A stretch of 63,252 bases of DNA, the filler included, from Perkinsus chesapeaki ATCC PRA-425 (Eukaryota > Protista > Perkinsozoa), in the NCBI GenBank assembly GCA_013115145.1. It is 7 parts of 7 records of this genome, joined end to end, with 100 filler letters (N's around TTAATTAATTAA, not from the genome) between each part and the next. Parts side by side here need not be neighbours in the genome. Positions count along the whole stretch, not along the records: positions 1 to 31,245 come from JAAPAO010000423.1; positions 31,346 to 39,374 come from JAAPAO010000997.1; 5 more parts are not named here. One strand, given 5' to 3'. The notes under the pieces were generated by a model, which did no database searches, was not told the DNA's origin, and worked only from the letters and a program-made list of their open reading frames with translations. The first letter of the stretch is position 1. The number at the start of each line of letters is the position of its first letter. The position numbers were made by a program, and so were the translations under genes. This document shows positions 26,826 through 37,070 of this stretch, in pieces.

Positions 26826-29483
26826 AATTAATAAAAATGTGAAGCTGAAGAAATGATGAGAGATCATAGGTCAAGAAGATCGCATTGAACATTCATCATA
26901 CACTTCAATGATCTGATGAGATTGCCTTCGATCATCTGATGGCCAGGCTCATCGGAGACGTCGCATCACTCAAGGATGAACCACCAAAATTAACGTTGTC
27001 ACAGATGTGCGCGCGTACATATGATATATGCGCACGCCCTGCCGATCGATTAGTTATTGTGTCTCGCTTTTGCTGTATCTAAGGTTGAAGCATGCAAGAT
27101 ACTAGGGAGGTTGAGAATGATTCACTGAAGTCCGTGTATTATCTTAGACTGACTTTCGGGTTAAATGCGTTGGGGCAAGAGTGGGCGCGGAATGGTATAT
27201 TAGGTCAGCGAATGGCGCAGCGCAAGATACGCGATATATCACCGTATATCACTAACTTCTTAGCTTGCCGCGTGCAAGATACCCGGCAGGTTGGTCCGTC
27301 TACCATGTCCTCCCGTCCACGTCAACTGATATCCACCGAAGAATACCTTGGTAAGACCCTTTCCTCCTCTGACTTGCATTTCTTTTTAGATTTCTTCGAC
27401 ACCACCGATACCGAGACCACCTCGGATTCTCCTACAATCCATATCCAATCTCGAACATTGAAATCTTCCGACCAATTGAAGTAACACTTTACCTCTATAG
27501 TGCTCATCTACAATCCCTTTTGATTGTATAGTAATGTCATCCAATCGTAAGTTGAACAAAGAGGTTATCGTAATTTATCATCAGTACAGTGTAGTTTATG
27601 ATAAAATATTGTTTTTCACTCACCGACAGAGACTCATTCGAAAGCATTTTATATCGGCTTTATGGTTGTCAAACCGAAAACATCAAACAGACTATTCAAC
27701 CTACTAAACTGATGACAAGTTGTCAAGTTTAGGTTGGATGAAGCTGATTGCAGATTGGCAGTTGAGAGGGTCCTCGAAGCGGTGAGAAGGTTTAGTAATT
27801 TCGTGGCGAGTGACGATTAAGATACTTTGGATATGTCTGCAGCTTCACAGGAGTGGTCAAACTCAAGGGTCAGCTCGTTTGTTGAAGATTATCAACGTAG
27901 CGCAATCTGCTGGGGATTATGGATCCATCATAGAGGCCTATGTCCGACATGTTTTGTATCATGCATGCTCCAACCTACGATACCATTCATAGGCTGGCCC
28001 GTATGAGCTGCTAAACACCCTTTCAAAGGAGATGCCTTTGCTTTTCCAAGCCATTCATTTTCAATTTAACTTTAACGATCCAACTTGGCGACATAAGTTA
28101 AAGTAATCCTACCTCGGATCGAACCTGGGCCATTCGATTGCTATTTCAGTCGCGCCCTTGAAGCCAGAGAGGCTGTTTTGGAATTCGGCCTTCAGCCAGC
28201 GGGATATTCGGGTAGGTATAGGAGATATGTCGTGAAGTATGATATATCATTACACCCTTACATTTTAGATGTCCCAACAGCACCTATCAGGAACAATTCA
28301 CGAAGACGACCGGAAACTGCCAGATATCGAACGAATCAGAACACAGAAGTGAGGGGGGGGGGGGGTTGGGTGACAAATATTAAGATTATTGATCCTCTCA
28401 GCTGCACCATCATCGGTGTTATAGATTTCGTCGTCCAACTAGTGCCCCTCTTTCAAAGGCTTATCCAACAACAGAATCACGTTATCCATGACTCCTCCTC
28501 CTCCTTGACTTAGTGTTGGTTAATATAAGGGAACGGTCTATTGCGATGTTTTATCAGGTTGCGGTCTCCGAAGCCGTAGACCTTGTTAGATTTTTACAGT
28601 GCGATTCCTTACTGTAGCATTTCACAGCCCCCCCGCGCTGGCTTGACACTTTAAGAGTAGATACCATGAAAAAATGTTAATATTTAATCGATTTGGCTTG
28701 TCGTTCTAATAACGTTACTCCAGTAATATTACTATTAAATGGTCCAAGTTAACTTTACTGAAGAGGTTGAACTAGAACGAGTTCATGTAAGATGGTTGAT
28801 TCGGAAGTTGGACGGGATACCGCTCATGCTACCTTGTATCAGAATCTCAGCCCACATAATCGACAAGAATACTTGGAACGAGTCTTCGCCAAATTTGATA
28901 CTGTAAGCTTGTGGTATCATAGGTTGAAGCGTGCAAGATACGCAGTACCTTGAGAACCAACACTTTATCAGGACGGTAGTGGAGAGATCGAGTATCCGGA
29001 GCTTCTTGCTGCCATGCGATTTCTTGGCATTCAAACAAGCTCCTTCATTGTTAAGAAGTTGTTCTCGGATATGGATCAGGTAGATGTTCCATGCCGGAAT
29101 CGAACCCGATATCTTTCGATTGCTAGGATAAGTCGGGTACAATCGACGTTGAAGAGTTTATAGAATTCTTCTTCAAAGTTAAGAAGTTGGATGATCTAAA
29201 AGAAGAGCTCAGCCATAGGAGGAAGCAATATATATTTCGTCATAGGATATTAAACATGTAATGAAAATGCCTCGCCCCCGCCTCCTCCTCCCCCGCCTAA
29301 GACAACTCTTCCAAATTGGCCCAATCTGAGCCCCTCTATCGAGGGGCCCAATTCCCCTTCATATGTTATCAGGAAACGGCTTAGAATTGCTACTATTTCT
29401 TGTCGGGGAGCACTAATTAAAGGGCTTCACGACTACTTGAACAGTTTATTCTCCGACCCACATCGGTCGTCGTATCGATTGTT

Positions 29484-29825
29484 GTGGATCAATTTAGTGC
29501 CCCTCTTTTGGGACCTTCTCTTGTCAGGTATATTTTGGTATTATTTTTTACAGTATTCATTCTGGTTATTATTTACTTATCGGATGTAGCAACATCTGGT
29601 GATTCAGCCATAGAAGGAACACAAGCAACGTACTTCAATAATTTCATGGCGCGTGACGATTCATACACCACCTACAGGTCATCCTCCTCCTCCTCGTCCT
29701 CACAAGTGACCAGCAAATCCTCCTCTACTTCTCCTGTTGTCGTAGCCATATTTGCCCTCAGTGGCATTTTGCTCATCACCATCGCCTACGTGGTCATTGG
29801 CCCTATCATAATGCTCAAGTATTAA
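29484..29825 (+). CDS. Small membrane protein with Ser-rich linker, intron-containing
   Basis: Two hydrophobic segments and a poly-Ser run; GT-AG intron 29630-29677 carries motif A. Confidence 0.3.
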   Translation: MDQFSAPLLGPSLVRYILVLFFTVFILVIIYLSDVATSGDSAIEGTQATYFNNFMARDDSYTTYRSSSSSSSSQVTSKSSSTSPVVVAIFALSGILLITIAYVVIGPIIMLKY

Positions 29826-30755
29826 CAGAAATCTACCTTTCTTTCGTGAATCAATTTTCGAAGGTACAAACGAAAGCAAGACGAGAAGAATGGCAAGACA
29901 CAGTATCTAAACAGGCAGCGGTCCATAGGTGGGCAATTCCACCTTTATTTCGGGCATGTCCCGTTTGTTGATATTATCTTTAAGCAGCAGATTCACGCTA
30001 CCCTAGCTACTTTGACAGAGCTAACTCATGGCAAGTAAAAGGGTTTGATGGTGGGAATGATGATAGTAAGTTTAATGCCAGCACACGAGTTCGATCCCTG
30101 GATGGGGCATTTAGTGTCAGCGGGAGGAGGACGATTATCAAGATTGAAGAGTCAGGAAAGCATACGAGGAAGTGACAAGGTTATAATAAAAGGGAATCTT
30201 TTTTGGACGGGAAATTTCGGAAAATTCCACGAATTGTCTTTGTTGTTTTTTTTAAATTCTGCATGCCGCCAATGGTCGGTGAGGGTGGTCCAGATATGGG
30301 ATGATTTCACCGAGATATTACTTCTCTGTGGATCAGTGGATACGTGTGGAGTTTGAAGTCGTAGGGAGTACTTATGACGTGGATGTCGTCGCGCGCCACA
30401 AAATGAGTTTTTATGTTTTCTTCAGTTACGGAGGTCATTTATCAGGCAAGCATCTCAGGTGTCATTGGCAGGAAATAATGTTTTGCCTCAACTTGAAATT
30501 CAACGTAATCTTATTGGCCGAAAATAAATCAATTATACAACCTTTAGCGTTTACCGGATTTTACCACAATAAGCAAGAAGATGAGGATAAGGCCTTTGTT
30601 GGTCCAACTAGGTGTTTTAACCCACTCAATACTAAAAAATATGCATGGCAACCTCCTGTGTAGTCCTGTTGATCGCCACTCTTGTTTTGAGTTACAGTTG
30701 TCATCAATCCGATCTATTTTGAATCTTGCACGCGTGAACCTGAGATATTTTTCCT

Positions 30756-31070
30756 ATGACTCGCCATCAAAATTCCTTATCAGCCGAAAGCAGCAAATAT
30801 GAACGCACCGCGAAGCTGATTGTAAACTTCGTTGGTCGATTGCCTCGATCGTATTGGCAGGGTGTTGATCTACGAGAAGAATCCCACTTCCATTGGATAG
30901 TTGAATTGGCTGCACATTGTGGATTACCACCGGAATGGAAGGAATTTGTGGAAGAAGGTTCGGGGCAAATCGCCTATTATCATCCGAGGTTGAAAGTAGT
31001 ATTGCTGATGATGATGGGGGCGGAGTTGAATCTTTGGAGATCATCATCAACTGGCTGTGTCGGTTATTAG
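30756..31070 (+). CDS. WW-domain protein with CEP164-like N-terminal region (partial)
   Basis: GVDLREESHFHWIVELAAHCGLPPEWKEFVEEGSGQIAYYHP resembles the helix + LP..W...YY WW module of CEP164-type proteins. Confidence 0.5.
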   Translation: MTRHQNSLSAESSKYERTAKLIVNFVGRLPRSYWQGVDLREESHFHWIVELAAHCGLPPEWKEFVEEGSGQIAYYHPRLKVVLLMMMGAELNLWRSSSTGCVGY

Positions 31071-31245
31071 TTATTACAGAAGACGCATCCTATGTTGACC
31101 AGATTTGAGGAACTTGTTAAAAAACAAAGAGAATTTATTCGAAGAAATAATAGGTATTTAAATTGATAAGATTGATGCGTCGCACTGCGCATAAATTGTG
31201 CAATATCTTTGGGCGAGCGATACTTGAAGAGATATCTAATGCATG

Positions 31246-31345
31246 NNNNNNNNNNNNNNNNNNNNNNNNNNNNNNNNNNNNNNNNNNNNTTAATTAATTA
31301 ANNNNNNNNNNNNNNNNNNNNNNNNNNNNNNNNNNNNNNNNNNNN
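31246..31345. other. Artificial contig linker (N44-TTAATTAATTAA-N44)
   Basis: Identical 100-bp linker also at 39375-39474, 46006-46105, 58696-58795, 60832-60931 and 62078-62177. Confidence 0.98.
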
Positions 31346-34300
31346 CGGCGAAGTGGATCTTCCCGTTTCAGATTCGTGCGCTCAAATTCGCCCGTCGAGA
31401 CGAAATTGATGTTCCTAAGTGCGAACTTGACGTTGAAAAGGTGTACTTAGCTGGGCCCACTGAGAGCCCAAGAGAAGGTATTTAAGACATGGAGTCACTC
31501 AAATGACCCCTTTTTTTCTATGAATCACGGCAAGTCGTGTTCGTATAGTAAGTAATCTATCCTAGATTTGAAACATGTGGAAACGGTCCCATCAAAAGAC
31601 GACATTGACAACCAATGATTGGTTTTCGTACCCAAATTGAATGCGGCTAGTATAATGCTCTCATAGGTTGCTACATCTGACTCAGATGGCTCAGATAATC
31701 TGAGCCTCCTTAGTTGGCTTCGCATTGTCCGCCTACAGGCTGCTGAATTCTTGAATTTTCCACGACCTATCTAGTCGAAGCGCCATCCACACCCGATATG
31801 GTATCCACTCTGAGCCTGGTAATCGGTGGACACTGTCTACTAGGAAGGCTCATCATTCATGAAGCTCACAACGAGTGCACGCTGTTCATCAAATGGTGGT
31901 CTTCTAAAGATACCAGCGGCTTCATACTACCCTTATACAGATCTCAACAGACAAGAAGTCAGAAAAAAATATGATAAAATTGCTTGCTTGAGAAAACTAA
32001 ACGACATGGGAAGCCGAGGAATGCGAGCAGCCGACATCTCCCGGGGAAAGTCTACGACGTTACCTTGAGAGGAAAATCTTTCCTATCATAATTTCCATTG
32101 TATCTCCTCCGCGTTAGGAACACTTTTCGATCCTCATTGAACGTATGACATGTGTCGCATGTCTGTGGCACAGACTCTGTGTGGGTTGATAATATATTAT
32201 AAAGGTTTTGGTCGAAGTAAGTGGGCGCTCTTATATTGATAAATGGTTAGTAGGCAAAAGGTGGTAAGTACATGCTCGTCGGGGTAGAGTGAAGAGGAAT
32301 AAAGGTTAGAGTAGGGCGTCAGAGATTGGTTGCACTTGAGCAAGGGGTGATGATAATCACCATTACGGGTCAACTACCGTTAAACACCTCTCAAACTTTG
32401 GGGCCCCCCATTATCATACCAAAAGTCTCTCAAGAGAAGCCTTCTTGAATCTTTTCAGGGCGAACCGGCCGGATTTTGCTCGAAGGTCCTAGTGGGACGT
32501 GAGTAGTACTCACGAACCTCAAGAAGGATTCTCCAACCCGATTGCTTCTTAGGTCGAGGACGACCTCCTCTTCAAAGACGGCTCGATAAAAGATGCCCAA
32601 TGTACACGTTAAAGTCATTCAACGATCGATTCAACCGTTTTTCCTTCTCACAACGTCTAAGCAGCTTTATGGGCTTCCAGGGTTTGTCATTTGTGTGGTC
32701 ACGAAGGGTCGCGCCCTGACCCTAGCTCCGCAGATGTCAGAGTGAAATGTAGCTGAAGCTTGCAGGAATCTAACTTGAGCAACTTGGCTTAATATTCATG
32801 CTGAGTCAGTTTCCTTATGGCACATTTGGTTCAAGGATGACGAGGCGCAGGTTCAAATCCTAGGGGAGGCATGTGGTCTTTGTGCCAGGTAACGTTCAAT
32901 AAGGCTTTTCGAGGAATACAAAGGGCTATATTTCGGGTATGCCGCTTAATCTTATGCTTGCTCTACATTCCTATAACCTTAAGAAGCGGTTCTTATGATA
33001 GATCATTCTAAAAGGCCCCGAATTACGATAGACACGCGCACATTTATCTTGAACTCTTCAGAAATCTTGCACTCTCTCCATGCGGGCTCGCGAAAAGCGC
33101 ATTTGAAAATTTGTCGATCGAAATATTTCCTTCGCTTGTTTTCTGCCCTTTTCCGTTCTTTCGCAACATCCTCCTTACCGGGCGACACAAAGCGGTGCTC
33201 TACCGGTGTCTCCTAATCTGCAAAGAAGTCCCAGATCGAAAAGCGAACTTTAGAAGGAAGATTTTCTGGAAATTTATCGAAGTTCCGGTTGATCTTCCAG
33301 CGCTGGGTAGAAATGAATTCGCCATTTGAGGAAGGGGGACAAGTCATTGTGTGCTTAGATAGTTTATAGAGATGTCGCGTCAATGCCATCGCCGTCCGAC
33401 ACGGCACGCAGCCGTAGAGGCCCGTAGGCGATTAAGGATAACTTCAGCTGGACGTGGCACAAAAGCACAGTTGAAAAGGGCAGCCCCGGCGAATCAGAGG
33501 CGTAGAAGCTCCTCGAGGTCTGCAATGAAGAAGACACCACCGATGAAATCTACACAGTGCGAAGATACTTTGGCAAAAAGCGGGCGAAAAAAGTTTTGGT
33601 GTGAGGACGAGGAGATTGGGGAACTATCGAGACACTCGAGGCCCGGCAGGAAAATTTTATGGGAAAAAATACCAGGCTGCTCTGTGCAGGTGGGAAAATT
33701 TTCAGGGGAAAAATATCTTTCTGTCAGCTTGATTTTTCCGGGAAAAAAGTTGATTTGAAGGAGCATTCGGGCCGAGAGTTGGAGAGGGGCGAAAGGCAGA
33801 TTTACTTGGTAAGGAAGGATTTACTGTAATCCATCGGATGAGCGGCTGGGTGCAGGTTAACGAAGTCGTATTTGATATTCGTAACTGCTTGGGGGCCCAG
33901 TTGTTCGAAGAGAGCTTTCCTGAATGCAAACTGAAGGAAGTCGGGGAGCGCGGAAGATACTCGGGATCATCTCTCAACTGTGCAACACTCTGTGTAGGGG
34001 GGAGGGGCATACTTTGGTGTTGATGATGAAGATCACTGAGGGGAGATTAGCGATGCTTATAGGGTGCTCGTATGTGGAATTCACAACCCCAGCCAACGCA
34101 CGATTTTGTTGTATCTCTCCGCATGGGCCCATTTATGCCTCATCATGTGTTCTATCCCCACACTAACATTTCGGCATTTCCCGGAGAATGCATTTTCCCT
34201 TCAATACGGTTGTTCGGTCTGGTCGGAGAGTAGTTCCTTCTTTGCTCGAGTATGAGAGGGTATCGCAGGACTCGAGACTCGGATATTGATATTTCACCAA

Positions 34301-35271
34301 ACCTACAATAGAGCCATTGTTGTCGACAGGACTTGATCACATTCATAGCTGGTCTAGAAGTCTCGTAGGGTTGAGACTGTTAAAATGCATGACAGCGGCT
34401 TGCCTGTATGAAACGGTTAAGGTAGAAGTGAAACTAGAAGCAAGTAGTAATATAGAGTATAATAATTATCATACAAAAGCGTGCCCAGCTTAATCAACCG
34501 GCGGCCCATATACGTTAAAGGGTATATTCTCCACACCTTTAATATGTAAAGGGGTAATCCTTGATTAAAGGTGTTGATTGTCTGATTAGGGGAGGGTCAA
34601 ATTGGCAAAGTTGAGAAGCTGGATGAATGCTAGCTGGCTTTAGGCTGTAGTTTACAGTATGAACTGCGTACTGTCTGTAGATTTGTTCGATTTTCTTGCG
34701 AGTGAAGTAGAGGTGTATTATTGATTACTGGTATTGTAAAACGATTTTCCCGTTCGTTTATATACATTACGTTGAATCGTATCATAATAATATTGGCATT
34801 TCATAATCCAACTTAATCAAAAACATTTTCGAAGATGTGTAATTTGCAATGATTTATTGTAGATACTGTGCAGCGATTCCTCCGTAGAGCCGTGCGCTTC
34901 TATCTCCTCCTCCTCCCCCCCTCCACGCGATGCCCCTACAGTACTGGCATCATGCCTGTATCGATATGACTCGGTGAGTCGAGATGCTATGGTATTACTC
35001 TTTACAACAGCTAAGAGTGTTTTATATCCTGCCCCTAGAGGTAAGAAGAGAGGCGAGGGTTCGAATCCTTGCAGGGGCATTTTTAATAACTGGTAAAATA
35101 AAATTCGTCGACCATTTCTATGTGGGGTATCGTGTGCGACATTCAACTGTTTGCGAATATTGACTTGAATATTTGAAAAAATTGGCTAATTGAAAAGAAT
35201 ACGAAATTAATTTTATTATAAATTATATTAATAAAACTTATTAAGATAGCATAGGTATCATCTACCTGAGT

Positions 35272-35699
35272 CACTACACCATTTCAAGATCTTATTAGTA
35301 AAAGCCCAGACCAATTTCGTGATGAGAGTGGATGGAGGCTCAATTCACCATCAGATATCTATTCTGCGGTGAATGCTTGATACGCCTCATCTGTCATCGT
35401 TTGCCTCAGTCAATTCTCATCACTTCCCACGTGATGACGGAGGTTAGTAACCTACGTCATCACCTCGGTAACCTCATCTTACCCCGTCAAAGGCAATAGG
35501 TTGATCACAATTCATGACTCACAATCGGCGGAGTTCTTCGGACCAAATGGGTTGCGGCCTGCAACCCATTTACCGTACGTGATGCACATGTGCGTGAAAT
35601 GGTATAGGTGGCTCCATCGACATCATGGTTGCTAAATCGATCTGGGCTATATCAACTTGTTCTGGGCTTTTACTAATTAGATCTCGAAATGGTGTAGTA
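35272..35699. mobile_element. ~430-bp MITE with ~40-bp imperfect TIRs, CACTA-like ends
   Basis: Left CACTACACCATTTCAAGATCTTATTAGTAAAAGCCCAGA; the right end reverse-complements to TACTACACCATTTCGAGATCTAATTAGTAAAAGCCCAGA. No ORF. Confidence 0.7.
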
Positions 35700-36747
35700 A
35701 GGAAAATAGAATTCATATAAAATCTTTATTGCAAAAGTTAACTCTAATAATTAGTATTATGCCTATCCTTCAGGTAGGGCAGGTTACACGCTTGATTGTA
35801 GAGGACGTGGATTGGGACGAGTGTTGGATTATAATTTATGCGAATGGCTTATGAAGTATAAAGAATGCCGGTCTGCATACGTTGAGATGTTAAATCAGCA
35901 GGTCGCTCACTTCTGGACAAAGATCGGGTAAGAAGGCGGAGCGAAGCGATTTTTCTTTTGCATTTTTGCGCTGTAGCTACGTACCATTAATCAGCCGTCA
36001 CGACTCGAACCAGACCTTCCGCGGCTTCCACGGCACAGTTTTGGCGCGCAAGATGTTATGGTATTGAGGTTGAGCGCTTGACTGTTGCTGCTGCTGCCGT
36101 GGAGTTATATTGCGAAGGTCGCGAGTTCGATCCCTGGCGGCGGCACTTTTTTATTGCAGGAGCATATTTGATTCACTTAAAACCCTTCAAAAGGGCTCTT
36201 CGTTAACTACGCATTTAAGCCGATATGGGCGTCGCGTTGGTAGGGGAAATCTTGCTAATCTTGCATTTCCTTAATGCGAATAGCTCTCGTCTGCTTCTTC
36301 TCCAACGCCATTGTTTTGGTGCTGGTTTTTTTGGTCGCATTGGGTACAGCAGGGAAAGCACCGAAGGGGAGGAATCCTGAGCTGGGTAAGGCGTGGGTTC
36401 GAATCCTGGTGAGGGCATTTCAATGCAGATAGTGACGATGAACGTGTTGCGATGATACGGAAATACGAAGGACCGTGGAGTCGGATAAAAGAGCAATACC
36501 ATTTGTTTGTTAAGTAAGCAAGGAGCGGTATGAATCGCTGGAGTAGGAGCGTTCGGACTTTGCTGATTAATCATCCTGATTTATCGGTATAAGTTTTGAT
36601 AGTTAACTTTCAATGAGTTCCTTGTCACGGCGTGTTTGGAGATAGAAGGAATGTACACGGGGAACAGATATCTTCACTTTATAATTCCAGAGTACCCGTG
36701 TCAACCACTTTCGCCTGTGTCCGCTTGTCGCGAGCTCTGCAGGTGAG

Positions 36748-37070
36748 GGAAATATATACAGTACCTATTCATACAGTATTATATAAGTACTGTACTTAAA
36801 GTACAGTACTTAATGGAATACAGGAAATATATACAGTACCTATTTATACAGTATTATATAAGTACTGTACTANNNNNNNNNNNNNNNNNNNNNNNNNNNN
36901 NNNNNNNNNNNNNNNNNNNNNNNNNNNNNNNNNNNNNNNNNNNNNNNNNNNNNNNNNNNNNNNNNNNNNNGTACCTATTTATACAGTATTATATAAGTAC
37001 TGTACTTAAAGTACAGTACTTAATGGAATACAGGAAATATATACGGTACCTATTTATACAGTATTATAAA
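36748..37070. repeat. 75-bp AT-rich tandem repeat with internal palindrome, interrupted by an N gap
   Basis: GGAAATATATACAGTACC recurs at 36748 and 36823 and after the gap. Confidence 0.9.

Larger units (their letters stand above)
3154..30404. repeat. Dispersed 18-bp motif family A (AATTTCGTGGCGCGTGAC)
   Basis: Close copies start at 3154, 4684, 5165, 5790, 5908, 10801, 12183, 15113, 19194, 19779, 19867, 24619, 25119, 27797, 29640, 30388. Confidence 0.9.
3830..30748. repeat. Dispersed 28-bp inverted-end element family C (GTATCTTGCACGCTTCAACCTAAGATAC)
   Basis: Copies at 3830-3856, 5611-5638, 6152-6179, 20451-20478, 21118-21147, 25294-25321, 25440-25467, 27075-27102, 27255-27282, 27956-27983, 28914-28941, 30721-30748. 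Both orientations occur. Confidence 0.85.

Noticed and set aside
3135-30404. Motif-bearing introns as one classical introner family with external TSDs
   Set aside because: Intron sequence outside the cassettes is unrelated, and I saw no direct repeats flanking the 28-mers I checked. Only the internal TA-duplication hypothesis survives.
3830-30748. 28-bp element as a bacterial dif (XerCD) site
   Set aside because: Only the length matches; the arms are 7 bp with a 14-bp core and show no similarity to the 11-6-11 dif layout.
31346-34400. Gene calls for the short ORFs in this region
   Set aside because: Probably fragments of an intron-rich gene, but no motif I can recognise; left unannotated.
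2297-36574. Recurring peptides GSNP/GFEP/GFES, FVARD and FRGAVT as protein motifs
   Set aside because: They are translations of the DNA cassettes in ORFs that read through introns, not conserved protein features.
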